Shown here: piece by piece, positions 30,934 to 40,545 of the stretch
Layout of the letters: every line of letters starts with the position of its first letter
How positions within the stretch are numbered: the first letter of the stretch is position 1
Assembly (NCBI GenBank): GCA_965279515.1
Contig: CBDIID010000003.1
Coordinates: forward strand, 1,472,001 to 1,536,000
Length of the DNA stretch: 64,000 bases
From: Turneriella sp.
GTDB taxonomy: Bacteria > Spirochaetota > Leptospiria > Turneriellales > Turneriellaceae
Direction of reading: 5' to 3'
Position numbers and translations under genes: made by a program
Notes under the pieces: generated by a model
Told to the model about the DNA's origin: nothing
Database searches by the model: none
The model's input: only the letters and a program-made list of their open reading frames with translations

Positions 30934-31122
30934 AACCCCGGACGGGGCGCATAGTATATTTATGGATAGACTATTCTTTTATTGTCGACAGATTGTCATG
31001 CCCCAAAAACGTGCACCAACGTTCAGTAAATGCATGCCCTGTGCAAACGGAAATTGCTTTCTGATCGACCGGCAAGACTCTATACAAATTCTGGAATGGC
31101 TATTTACATAAAAGGTATGGTA

Positions 31123-32058
31123 ATGATGGTCTCTTCTGAAATACGCCGGCTCTCCCTGAAAATCGGTAAAATTAAAATCATTTTTGTCATCATGCCGCTG
31201 GCATTTGCCTGCAAAGCTGCCGAGCTGACGGCAAAACAGGCGGGCTGCCCGGATGCTAAAAATATTCCCGGCGAAATGGCGTGTGTGCCGGCCGGCACAT
31301 ACCTGCTCGGCAGCGACCTGACCGACTTTACCTCTGAACTCAATGAATTGTCTGCCTTTAAAACGCATAACGCCGATCTTTCGGGGTTTCTCATCGACAA
31401 ATACGAAGTCACAACAAAGGCCTACTCAGCCTGCGTTGCCGCGGGTAAATGCACGCCTGCGCGATCGAATTACCCGCATATGCGCGGGGATAACCAGCCG
31501 CAACTCAAAGCCAACTGGTTTCAGGCGGATGCATACTGCAAGGCTATGGGCAAACGGCTCCCCACTGAGGCCGAATTCGAAGCGGCTAGCCGCGGTCCCG
31601 CGGGTGAAATGTTCCCGTGGGGCAACGAGCCTGTAACCTGCGAACGCGCCGTTATCCAGGACGCAACCGGGCGCGGCTGTTTTGGCCACGAAGGTAAAGG
31701 CAAAATCGCCACGCCGAAAAAATTCGAACATACGGGTTCGACATGGGAAGTCGGTTCAAAGCCCGCAGGCCGCTACGGCCTCTACGATATGGCCGGGAAT
31801 GCCCAGGAATGGGTCAGCGACTGGTTTGAAAAAAGCTTAGAGCGCTGCGGCGCAGCATGTACGCAAAAAAATCCCCAGGGGCCCTGCGGCGGCAAAACAG
31901 CCTGTGCAGGACATAAGATGAAGGTTGTGAAAGGCGGTTCGTGGTACTGGGGACCAATCTCTGCGCGAGCCGCCACACGACGCGCGTACGAACCTAAAAA
32001 TGACCCACCGCACCACTTTGGTTTTCGTTGCGTCAAAGATTTACCGGAAAAACCATGA
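31123..32058 (+). CDS. Formylglycine-generating enzyme (SUMF1) family lipoprotein
   Basis: IDKYEVT, RLPTEAEFE, GLYDMAGNAQEWV, FGFRC; LAFAC lipobox; start uncertain. Confidence 0.85.
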   Translation: MMVSSEIRRLSLKIGKIKIIFVIMPLAFACKAAELTAKQAGCPDAKNIPGEMACVPAGTYLLGSDLTDFTSELNELSAFKTHNADLSGFLIDKYEVTTKAYSACVAAGKCTPARSNYPHMRGDNQPQLKANWFQADAYCKAMGKRLPTEAEFEAASRGPAGEMFPWGNEPVTCERAVIQDATGRGCFGHEGKGKIATPKKFEHTGSTWEVGSKPAGRYGLYDMAGNAQEWVSDWFEKSLERCGAACTQKNPQGPCGGKTACAGHKMKVVKGGSWYWGPISARAATRRAYEPKNDPPHHFGFRCVKDLPEKP

Positions 32059-32996
32059 TTACAAATTTCAAACAACTCGAAGAAAAAATCCATTCTTACC
32101 CACCGCAGAAAATTTCTGTCGCCTCGGGTTCAGACTCAGAAACACTGCACGCCGTTACCATGGCGCGCGACCGCAACATTGCCACGGCGACGCTTGTGGG
32201 CGACGCACGCGTCATTCACGAGACTGCGGAAAAAGAAAACATCAAGCTCGACGGCCTTGAAATCATCGATATCGCCGATCCCGTAAAAGCAGGCTTGGCT
32301 GCCGTACGCCTCGTGAGTGAAGGCAAAGCGCAGATTTTTATGAAAGGGTATATCCACAGCGACGATTTTCTGCGCTGCGTGCTCGACAAAGAAATCGGCC
32401 TGCGCACCGAGAACCTGCTGAACCATATTTTTATTCTCGAAGCCACACACCTCGGGCGCTTGCTGTTTATCACCGATGGTGCAATGAACATTGCCCCCAC
32501 GCTCGAAGACAAGGCGCGAATGATCAGTAACACGGTGGCGCTGGCGCAGCTCTTCGAAATTGAAAAACCCAAGGTGGCGGTGATCTCGGCCGTCGAAGTG
32601 GTGAATCCCAAAATCAGCTCAACGCTCGAAGCGGCGGCGCTCGCCAAGATGAGCGATCGCGGCCAGTTTCATGGCGGCATCGTCGATGGCCCGCTGGCAC
32701 TCGACAATGCCATTAACCCCGACGCGGCGAAATATAAAAAGATCGGCGGCGTTGTTGCGGGTTATGCGGATATCCTCATCATGCCTGACATTGTCAGCGG
32801 CAATGCCGTAGCCAAGTCGTTTGCGCATATCACCGGCGGTACGACCGCAGGCCTCATCTTCGGCGCCAAAGCCCCTGTTATTTTACCGTCGCGCTCTGAT
32901 TCGAAAGAATCCAAACTCGCGGGTATTGCCTGCGCGGTCTATGCTGCGGGTGCGAATGCGCAAAAGCGCGTCAAGATCGGGAAAGTCCACTTCTGA
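32055..32996 (+). CDS. Phosphate acetyl/butyryltransferase
   Basis: MKG, TDGAMNIAP, VDGPLALDNAI, PVILPSRSD. Confidence 0.9.
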   Translation: MITNFKQLEEKIHSYPPQKISVASGSDSETLHAVTMARDRNIATATLVGDARVIHETAEKENIKLDGLEIIDIADPVKAGLAAVRLVSEGKAQIFMKGYIHSDDFLRCVLDKEIGLRTENLLNHIFILEATHLGRLLFITDGAMNIAPTLEDKARMISNTVALAQLFEIEKPKVAVISAVEVVNPKISSTLEAAALAKMSDRGQFHGGIVDGPLALDNAINPDAAKYKKIGGVVAGYADILIMPDIVSGNAVAKSFAHITGGTTAGLIFGAKAPVILPSRSDSKESKLAGIACAVYAAGANAQKRVKIGKVHF

Positions 32997-34039
32997 AAAT
33001 TCTCGTCATAAATTGCGGATCGTCCACCGTTAAGGCGGACGTCTTCAAGATCGAAGGCAGCTCGCTCGTGTTCCAGGGAAAGGTGCTGCGCGAAAAATTC
33101 GCCGGCTTTGAAACCGCAGTTGCCGAAGTTATTGCCGATTTCGCCGCGCAGGGCATACTCAAAGCCGATGAAGTCGCTGCCATTGGTCACCGTGTGGTGC
33201 ATGGCGGAGATAAGTTCAGCTCTCCGGTGCTGATTAACGAAGCGGTGCTCACAGCCGTGCGAGAGCTATCCGTTTTCGCACCTTTGCATAATCCGGCAAA
33301 TCTTGCAGGCATAGAAGCCTGCCTCAAGCTGTTTTCCGTGCCGCAGGTAGCGGTATTCGATACGGCGTTTCACCAGAGCATGGCGGCGGCGCAATACACC
33401 TATGCTATCCCCGCGGCGCTGACGAAAAGATACGGTATCCGCCGTTATGGCTTCCATGGCACTTCGCATGAATATGTAACCCGTGAATGCGCACGCCAGA
33501 TGGGCGTCCCCTACTCTGAGTTTAACGCGATCTCGCTGCATCTCGGCAACGGGGCGAGCGTCTGCTGCGTGCGCGGCGGCAAGAGCATCGACACGAGTAT
33601 GGGATTTACCCCGCTCGAGGGTTTAGTTATGGGAACGCGCAGCGGCGATATCGACCCGGCTATGGTTCTGTTTCTGCAAAGTGCGGAGAAACTGTCACCT
33701 GAGGAGGCCGATAACCTGCTCAACAAGAAATCCGGCTTGTTGGGTCTCTGCGATACCAGCGACATGCGCGAGATTCTGGAGCGGGCAGATGGCGGTGACA
33801 GTAAAGCGGCACTTGCCATTGATGTCTTCTGTGCGCGTGTGCGCAAATATCTCGGTGCCTACCTGACCTACGGTAAACCCGACGCGCTCATATTCACCGG
33901 CGGCATTGGCGAAAACGCCGCGCTGATCCGCGAAAAAATCTGCGCAAACCTGGAACACCTGAGTCTTGCCCCCGTGCTTGTGATTCCGACCGACGAAGAA
34001 CGCATGATTGCCATGGCCACGTGGCGGCATCTGGGTTAA
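32993..34039 (+). CDS. ackA: Acetate kinase (probable CTG start)
   Basis: KILVINCGSS from 32996, GHRVVHGG, APLHNP, FDTAFH, YGFHGTSH, FTGGIGEN. Confidence 0.92.
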   Translation: MKILVINCGSSTVKADVFKIEGSSLVFQGKVLREKFAGFETAVAEVIADFAAQGILKADEVAAIGHRVVHGGDKFSSPVLINEAVLTAVRELSVFAPLHNPANLAGIEACLKLFSVPQVAVFDTAFHQSMAAAQYTYAIPAALTKRYGIRRYGFHGTSHEYVTRECARQMGVPYSEFNAISLHLGNGASVCCVRGGKSIDTSMGFTPLEGLVMGTRSGDIDPAMVLFLQSAEKLSPEEADNLLNKKSGLLGLCDTSDMREILERADGGDSKAALAIDVFCARVRKYLGAYLTYGKPDALIFTGGIGENAALIREKICANLEHLSLAPVLVIPTDEERMIAMATWRHLG

Positions 34040-34539
34040 ACTTCAAACGTCGTGAGCTGCAACAGCCTGCCTTCGAAATGGGCGATGAGGTCCAGCGCCC
34101 TGGCGCGCGGATTTTCAACACCCTGTCGGGTTAGATTTGCCACCAGTAAATCAAAGAACCCATGCCGGTGCGGCATGATAATGCTGCGGATTTTCGCATT
34201 GCGCGATGCCGCGAGATAGATTTCAAAGCGCGCCAGCGTAGCGTTCCGCGATGCGGGTGCCGACCACAATTTCAGCAATCCCTCTGCGTCGACCGTACCA
34301 TCGGCGCTCATGACCCCTTGCACGTCTGCGCGGTCGCTGGCCACGAGGCTCTCGATCGCAGCTCGCCAAAGCGCATCGCGCGTACGGAAATAATACGAAG
34401 TCGAGCCCTCGGGCATCTTTAAATGTTTATCGACCGCGCGGTGCGTGAGTCCCTTCGCCCCCTGGCGGGCGAGTATGCGGATGCAGGCCCCTGCAATGGC
34501 GGCCCGGCGATCGGTGGGTCGCTTCGTTTTCAATTTCAT
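34036..34539 (-). CDS. TetR family regulator
   Basis: GLTHRAVD...GSTSYYFRTRDAL. Confidence 0.88.
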   Translation of the reverse strand: MKLKTKRPTDRRAAIAGACIRILARQGAKGLTHRAVDKHLKMPEGSTSYYFRTRDALWRAAIESLVASDRADVQGVMSADGTVDAEGLLKLWSAPASRNATLARFEIYLAASRNAKIRSIIMPHRHGFFDLLVANLTRQGVENPRARALDLIAHFEGRLLQLTTFEV

Positions 34540-34576
34540 GTAGACGGCCTGACAGGCCCCTCTGCCTCGTCAAACA

Positions 34577-34592
34577 CTCTACAAATGTAGAG
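34577..34592. promoter_or_regulatory. Inverted repeat, probable TetR operator
   Basis: CTCTACA-AA-TGTAGAG between divergent tetR and the CocE-family gene. Confidence 0.7.
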
Positions 34593-34613
34593 GATAATCA
34601 TATGCGGGGTACT

Positions 34614-36356
34614 ATGAAAAAAATACGGGAATTCTTTCTGGGTTTAATGTCTGTCTGGCCGATACTCAGGCGCGCTTTAGCCACGCGGCAGTTTTTTTCG
34701 GCGCAGTGTCAGCTCAGCGAAGCGCATCCGGATGTTCTGGCCGAATGGGATATCCACATTCCGCTTGCCGACGGCACCTTTCTGCTGGCGCAGATTTTTC
34801 GCTCGAAGCGCGCAGAACAAAATGGCGAAAGCGTGCCGGCGATTGTCTGCGCCCACCCGTATGACAACCACCTGACTCCGGCGCAGGGCAATACGCCGTT
34901 CGGCGGTGCCCCGATTCAATACCGCCTGATTCCGCAGGTCGGTAAGCCGCGGTTTTCCAAACAAACCAGCTGGGAGGCACCCGATCCGAATTTCTGGATT
35001 CCCGGGGGATATTGTATTGTGAATATTAATTTACCGGGCTATGGTGGCAGTTCGGGCAAGGCGACGGTATTTTCAGACCACCAGACGAATGCCTACTACG
35101 AGGCCATCGAATGGGTTGCGCGGCAACCCTGGTGCAACGGCAACGTGGGTCTCAACGGCGTAAGTTTTCTCGCGATCACACAGTACCGCGTCGCCGCCGA
35201 TCGCCGCGGCGCACCCGCCGCGCTCAAGTGCATCGTGCCATGGGAGGGTTTTTCCGACATTTACCGCGATGTGCTGTGTCCGGGCGGTATGGAAGACCAG
35301 GGGTTTGCGCGCTTCTGGTGGACGACGGAAGTGAGACCGGCGCTCACGGGCTCCACGGCGGAATTTATCCGCAACAACGGCGGAACACCGCCCGATCTCA
35401 TGGCCGAACATCCGTTTCTCGATTCTTACTGGCAGGAAAAAATTCCCGACCTCGAACGCATCCGCGTGCCGATGCTGGTGTGCGCATCTTTCTCTGACCA
35501 CGGCCTGCACACCACGGGGTCATTCCGCGCCTTTGAGCGCGCCGGGTCAAAACACAAATGGCTTTATACGCACCGCAGTGGTAAATGGGATGTCTTCTAC
35601 AGCGACGAAGTGCAGCGCCTGACGAAAGAGTTTATGGACTGTTTCCTGAAAGGTGAAACCGGGAACGGTTTTCTGCAGCGTGCGCCGGTAAGGCTTGAGG
35701 TGCGCGCATCACGCGACATTGTGCATGCTGTGCGCGAAGAGCATGCATGGCCGCTACCGCGTACCCAATTTAGACCGCTCTACCTACAGGCAGAAAATGG
35801 CGGATTGCTCTCTGTGAAACCCGCCGCTGACGCTTTCGCAGAGCATGACGCCGTATCGGGTCGCTCAGAGTTTTTCTACAAATTCGCCGGCGACACAGAG
35901 CTTACGGGGCCAATGAAACTGCGTTTGTGGGTCGAGGCTCAGGGCTCTTCGGATATGGGTCTCTTCATTGCAGTCGATAAGCTCGACCATGAAGGAAAAT
36001 CCGTACGGTTCTATGGCTCTGTAGGCAATAGGGAAGACATGGTGACGCGGGGCTTCTGCCGCGCTTCGCGGCGTGAACTCGATGAGACCCGGTCAAAACC
36101 TTACCAGCCCGTAATCTCCGGGCAATCGGAACAGCCGCTCAAGGCCGGTGAAATTGTCGCCGTCGATATTGCACTGGAGCCGAGCGCAACTTTTTTCCGC
36201 AGCGGCGAGTCATTGAAGCTGATTATTTCGACGCGACCCGCGGTCTTCTCTCCGCCCTATGCAAAGCAGACGTCTTATAACCGTGGCAAACACAGGATAC
36301 ATACGGGCGGGAAATATGACTCGTTCTTACTAATACCTGTGGTGCCCCACGCATAA
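34614..36356 (+). CDS. CocE/NonD family hydrolase
   Basis: WEAPDP, QPWCNGNVGLNGVSFLA, C-terminal PepX-like domain. Confidence 0.9.
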   Translation: MKKIREFFLGLMSVWPILRRALATRQFFSAQCQLSEAHPDVLAEWDIHIPLADGTFLLAQIFRSKRAEQNGESVPAIVCAHPYDNHLTPAQGNTPFGGAPIQYRLIPQVGKPRFSKQTSWEAPDPNFWIPGGYCIVNINLPGYGGSSGKATVFSDHQTNAYYEAIEWVARQPWCNGNVGLNGVSFLAITQYRVAADRRGAPAALKCIVPWEGFSDIYRDVLCPGGMEDQGFARFWWTTEVRPALTGSTAEFIRNNGGTPPDLMAEHPFLDSYWQEKIPDLERIRVPMLVCASFSDHGLHTTGSFRAFERAGSKHKWLYTHRSGKWDVFYSDEVQRLTKEFMDCFLKGETGNGFLQRAPVRLEVRASRDIVHAVREEHAWPLPRTQFRPLYLQAENGGLLSVKPAADAFAEHDAVSGRSEFFYKFAGDTELTGPMKLRLWVEAQGSSDMGLFIAVDKLDHEGKSVRFYGSVGNREDMVTRGFCRASRRELDETRSKPYQPVISGQSEQPLKAGEIVAVDIALEPSATFFRSGESLKLIISTRPAVFSPPYAKQTSYNRGKHRIHTGGKYDSFLLIPVVPHA

Positions 36357-36363
36357 GCCAGGG

Positions 36364-37251
36364 TTATTTTCGTGTGGCGAGAATAACACCGGCGACGACC
36401 ACCAGGCCACCGATATAATGGTGCGCGAAAAGCGGCTGACCCCGGGTAAAAGCAATCGCGAGCGCGGTCACGGGAATTAGGTTCACGAAGACCGAGCTGC
36501 GCGCCGCACCGATGAGACGGACGCCCTCATTCCAGGCAAGGTAAGAAACCCCGGTTGCGAGAATGCCCAGGTAAGCGACACCGAGCCAAAAGGGCATGCT
36601 CGACACCCAGCGCCAGCCGTCAAATTGCCAAACGGCCATACCGGCCTGCGGTGGCAGCGAGAACAAAACAATCGCCGCGGTAAATACCGTCGCCGGCATT
36701 TTCGAGAGAATATCGCGGCTGCGGATCGAATAGATCGCCCAGACCAGCGGCGCGCCTAAAAGAATTAAATTGCCCGGCCCCACTCGGAGCTTGAGCGCCT
36801 TCTGAAGGTTGCCTTCGAACACGATAAAGGCAAGCCCGGCAAAGGCGACAGCAATGCCCAGCCAGCGCAGCGGCGATACCTTTTCCTTTTTCCAGAGCGC
36901 CGCGAGCAGCGTCGTCATAACAGGATTTGCAGCGATGATAAGCGAGCCGGTTGCGGGTTCAGTCAGACCCATGCCATACGTGAAGAAGATATTGTAGCCA
37001 CAGATACCGATCAGGGCGAGCAAAACAATCTCCGCAAAAATTCCAGGCTGGAATAGGCGCCGGTAATTTTTGTTCTGAAGCAGAAAAGGTGCAAGGATAA
37101 GCGCCGTCAGCGAAAAGCGCGCTGTGAGCAGCACAAACGGCGGGGCTTCCGCCAGGGGATATTTAATGACATGGAAGACACCGCCCCATAAGACCGAGCT
37201 CAGGGTCAGGTAAAGATAGGCTGTCCCGGGAGATTTTGCATTATCAGTCAC
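36364..37251 (-). CDS. DMT/EamA family transporter
   Basis: Two EamA repeats, about 10 TM helices; GTG start after GAGAGAG. Confidence 0.88.
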   Translation of the reverse strand: MTDNAKSPGTAYLYLTLSSVLWGGVFHVIKYPLAEAPPFVLLTARFSLTALILAPFLLQNKNYRRLFQPGIFAEIVLLALIGICGYNIFFTYGMGLTEPATGSLIIAANPVMTTLLAALWKKEKVSPLRWLGIAVAFAGLAFIVFEGNLQKALKLRVGPGNLILLGAPLVWAIYSIRSRDILSKMPATVFTAAIVLFSLPPQAGMAVWQFDGWRWVSSMPFWLGVAYLGILATGVSYLAWNEGVRLIGAARSSVFVNLIPVTALAIAFTRGQPLFAHHYIGGLVVVAGVILATRK

Positions 37252-37310
37252 TCTCTCAGAATTCAATTTTGACTTGACGCGGCAAGCCATTTACTTTGAC
37301 ATCAAAACAA

Positions 37311-37736
37311 ATGGAGCAAAAGCGGATTATCCACCTGCTTTCGCGCACGCGCGATCGCGTACAGAAACACTTCCAGCGCGAGATCGACGCGCTCGACCTG
37401 GGCAACATCGCCCCCGCGCATGGCTCGGTATTCTATGCGCTGCAGCCAGGACCGCAGTCGATGCAAGACCTCGCCCGCCTGATCGAGCGCGATAATTCGA
37501 CAGTCACAGCGCTTGCCGATAAACTCGAAAAACTCGGCTATGTTAAGCGCAGCGTTTCAGAGCACGATACGCGTTCGAATATTCTGCGTTTAACAGATAA
37601 AGGCATGAACGCCACGCCCAAAATCATCGCCGCCTCGCAGAAGATCGTGGGAGAAATTTTCACAGGCTTTTCGGGCAGCGAACGGCAGGAACTCATGCGG
37701 CTTTTGGGAAAAGTTTATGCAAATATGGAAGATTGA
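37311..37736 (+). CDS. MarR family regulator
   Basis: STVTALADKLEKLGYVKR..DTRS..LTDKG. Confidence 0.9.
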   Translation: MEQKRIIHLLSRTRDRVQKHFQREIDALDLGNIAPAHGSVFYALQPGPQSMQDLARLIERDNSTVTALADKLEKLGYVKRSVSEHDTRSNILRLTDKGMNATPKIIAASQKIVGEIFTGFSGSERQELMRLLGKVYANMED

Positions 37737-37750
37737 TTTTTTTTGGAATA

Positions 37751-37768
37751 TATTTTGACGTCAAAATA
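37751..37768. promoter_or_regulatory. Perfect 18-bp palindrome, probable MarR box
   Basis: TATTTTGACGTCAAAATA; matching TTTGACATCAAA at 37295-37306. Confidence 0.8.
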
Positions 37769-37780
37769 AATGGAGGGTAT

Positions 37781-38170
37781 ATGACAACGGAAGAAAACAA
37801 AACTACGGTGATGGCACTGTTTGCGGCGATCAACGCGCAGGACGTCGGTAAGGCCGGGGCGCTCATGGCTGATGACCTGAAATGGTGGATTATCGGCCGC
37901 GCCAAGGTCTCGGGCGAGAAGGATAAGCGGACGGTAAGCCTGTTGTTCAAAATGATTTTTCGCGGGTTTAACAGTTTTGCGTTCACGATCCACGAAACCA
38001 CGGCGGAGGCCGACCGCGTGGCAGTGACTGCAGAATCACGGGGTGAGCACAAGAGCGGTAAGAAATACAATAACCATTACCACTTCTTGTTCTTTCTGAA
38101 AGACGGAAAAATTGTCCGCGTCAAAGAATACTTCGACACCGAACACGCGATCTGGCTTGAGGCGGGTTAA
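37781..38170 (+). CDS. SnoaL/NTF2-like protein
   Basis: AEADRVAV..YNNHYHFLF..DGKI..VKEYFDT; GGAGG before ATG 37781. Confidence 0.88.
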   Translation: MTTEENKTTVMALFAAINAQDVGKAGALMADDLKWWIIGRAKVSGEKDKRTVSLLFKMIFRGFNSFAFTIHETTAEADRVAVTAESRGEHKSGKKYNNHYHFLFFLKDGKIVRVKEYFDTEHAIWLEAG

Positions 38171-38523
38171 CCGAGCAGGGCACGTAATTCCCGGGCGCTG
38201 GCAACGTTAGAACCGCCGAGCTGCTCATAGACGAAGAGAATCTTGATGCCACTTTCGGTGATGTCATAATAACCTTCACCGATATGCTCGCGGTGAGAAT
38301 AGATAAAACCCAAGCTACCCAAGTTTACGTTCGGGCAGGGGTCCCAGAAGTTTTCGAGCCAGTCGGCCAGCGCTCTGATTTCGTCCGCTGTTGCGGCAAT
38401 GTTCTTCGTCCAGATTTCGCGCTCAGCGTCGCAAAGCCGGGCTGTGAGTGTTAGCTTGCCCGCTGCGATATCCGAAGGACGCGTCAGCTCGAGAAAACTG
38501 CCGCCGTCGCCAAAAAACTTCAC
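38167..38523 (-). CDS. Hypothetical protein
   Basis: GTGA overlap with upstream gene; fills the space between genes. Confidence 0.55.
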   Translation of the reverse strand: MKFFGDGGSFLELTRPSDIAAGKLTLTARLCDAEREIWTKNIAATADEIRALADWLENFWDPCPNVNLGSLGFIYSHREHIGEGYYDITESGIKILFVYEQLGGSNVASARELRALLG

Positions 38524-39026
38524 CGCGCCTTGGGCTTACGGTATAACACCGCCGCAATCGCAGACAGAATCACGCCGCCCATGCCCATGAAGAGAAACAG
38601 CAGCATGTACGTGGGGAAATCCCCGTTAAAGCTCATATCAAACTGGCGCATCTTGGCCGCCAGCAGTTCGGGGGCAATTTTTGCTTCGACCAGTTTCTTC
38701 TCGAAGTAGACCCGGTAGGTCGGGTAGAACTGGGGATTGATGACGTGCTGGTAAACGGCGATGAACAGGGCAAACGCCCCGGAATAAAACACAGAATAGA
38801 GAAACCCATTGCGGAACGCGATCAGGAAATTGTGCTCTTCGCCGGCACGCGCGCGCATCTGCACAATGGTGAGAAAGATGGAACACCAGAACAGAATCGT
38901 CACGGCATTGCGTGTAATATCGCCGATGTCGTGGCGGACTGTATTATAGCCAAGTGCGTGATTGACGAACACGCTGATGATCGTCAGAATGAGGGCAATC
39001 CCCAGGTTACGGAACATGACTCGCAT
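38520..39026 (-). CDS. DUF4199-like membrane protein
   Basis: Four TM helices; AFRNG, YQHVINP. Confidence 0.7.
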   Translation of the reverse strand: MRVMFRNLGIALILTIISVFVNHALGYNTVRHDIGDITRNAVTILFWCSIFLTIVQMRARAGEEHNFLIAFRNGFLYSVFYSGAFALFIAVYQHVINPQFYPTYRVYFEKKLVEAKIAPELLAAKMRQFDMSFNGDFPTYMLLFLFMGMGGVILSAIAAVLYRKPKAR

Positions 39027-39031
39027 TTATT

Positions 39032-39078
39032 TCTCCATGATGCACGAGGCATCGTGGAGACGGCGCGCACGGATGCGC
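39032..39078. repeat. Two hairpins with ACGAG and ACGGAT loops
   Basis: TCTCCATGATGC-ACGAG-GCATCGTGGAGA and GCGC-ACGGAT-GCGC. Confidence 0.65.
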
Positions 39079-39079
39079 T

Positions 39080-39655
39080 TCATACCGTCTCCTTAAATTC
39101 ACTAGCCTTAAAGACCGGCAACAGATCGACGCCGTGTTCGGCAAGGGCCGCAGCCCCGCCCTCTTCGCGGTCGAGAATACAATACGCCTGGCGTACGATA
39201 AAGCCGGCCTCTTTCATCGCGGCAAATGCCTTGAGCGTTGAGCCGGCGGTGGTGATAACGTCGTCGACAAGAACACAGGGTGTATTTGGGTCAATCCCCT
39301 TCAGCATCTCAATTCGTTTGCCCGTGCCGTGGTCCTTCGCTTCTTTGCGCACAATCGCCGGAATCAGGCGTGCGGGACTTACAACAGTGAGACAGGCGGC
39401 GTAAATGATGGGGTCTGCGCCCATTGTCAAGCCCGCCGTCACGACTTCACCAAAATACTGCTGCGCAATTTTACCAGCGATGACCCGGCCTGCGAGCGCG
39501 AGAAACTCGGGCTGCAACAAGGTCTGTTTGAGGTCGAAATAATAAGGGCTTTTTTTGCCCGAGGCCAGTGTAAAAGGCTCTTCGTGGTTCTCGCGGTATG
39601 AAAATTTTCGGATCGCTTCTTTAAGAGCGGCCTTATCGGCTTCGAGGCTCTGCAT
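39080..39655 (-). CDS. pyrE: Orotate phosphoribosyltransferase
   Basis: FTLASGKKSPYYFD, GLTMGADP, VRKEAKDHGT, LVDDVITT. Confidence 0.95.
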   Translation of the reverse strand: MQSLEADKAALKEAIRKFSYRENHEEPFTLASGKKSPYYFDLKQTLLQPEFLALAGRVIAGKIAQQYFGEVVTAGLTMGADPIIYAACLTVVSPARLIPAIVRKEAKDHGTGKRIEMLKGIDPNTPCVLVDDVITTAGSTLKAFAAMKEAGFIVRQAYCILDREEGGAAALAEHGVDLLPVFKASEFKETV

Positions 39656-39691
39656 ACGGCAAGGCTGAATCTTGTGACGCGGCGAAAACCC

Positions 39692-40468
39692 TTAGATATA
39701 TCCGCTGAGTTTATAAGCCATGAGCCCCACCACTTCGCGCATCGCCGTGGCAAAATCACCGATGCCCTGCGCCGAGGGGAAAAAGGATTCCGGGAAAGTG
39801 CTGTGGTCCGCGGCCTTAAAATCCACCGGAAACGGAATCACCTCAAGGCCGACCTTTTTGAAACAGCGCACCGAGCGCGGCATATGGAAGGCCGAGGTCA
39901 CGAGCACGACGTCCTTAAATTTTTTCTCCTGGATGATCTTGAGCGACTCGACCGCGTTCTCCCGCGTGTTGCGCGAATTGCGCTCGGCGAGGATTTTCTC
40001 CTTCGGAAAACCCAGTCCCACTAGATAGTCTTTTAGCACATCACCCTCGCGCAGGCCGCCCTGCAGCATGAGCCCTGACCCACCGCTGATGAGTATATAG
40101 TCGGCGCGGCGCTTCAGCACCAGCTCGAGCGCGGCGGTCAGGCGATCGACGGCGTCGTGGAATTCGGGCCGCCCGCCGCGCAAGGTATTGGCATCGATCA
40201 TACCCCCCAGCACCACGACGACATCCGCCTTATTCATTTTTTCGGTCACGGGCACATCATAGCGGTTCTCGAGCGGCCGCATGAGTAGGCCAGAACCGAA
40301 AGACGTCGAGCAAAACCAGGCGATGGCCCAGACCAGAAGACAGATCTTGCGCGTGCGCCCGGTCAGGCGGCGCAGAAAGACGAAAAGCAGAAACAGGAAG
40401 AAGAGCGTGACCGGCAGAAATAGTGCGGCAAAAACCTTCGAGAGAAAGAAGAACATGTTTTCTGACAT
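39692..40468 (-). CDS. YdcF/ElyC (DUF218) family protein
   Basis: VVLGG, ISGG, ERNSRNTRENA, LVTSAFHMPRS. Confidence 0.9.
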   Translation of the reverse strand: MSENMFFFLSKVFAALFLPVTLFFLFLLFVFLRRLTGRTRKICLLVWAIAWFCSTSFGSGLLMRPLENRYDVPVTEKMNKADVVVVLGGMIDANTLRGGRPEFHDAVDRLTAALELVLKRRADYILISGGSGLMLQGGLREGDVLKDYLVGLGFPKEKILAERNSRNTRENAVESLKIIQEKKFKDVVLVTSAFHMPRSVRCFKKVGLEVIPFPVDFKAADHSTFPESFFPSAQGIGDFATAMREVVGLMAYKLSGYI

Positions 40469-40545
40469 AAAAAGATACGGGACCAGTAAATCTTTTTTCA
40501 GGTCAGTTGTTCTTGCTGCGCCCATGGGTTTCCCGCCCATGACGC

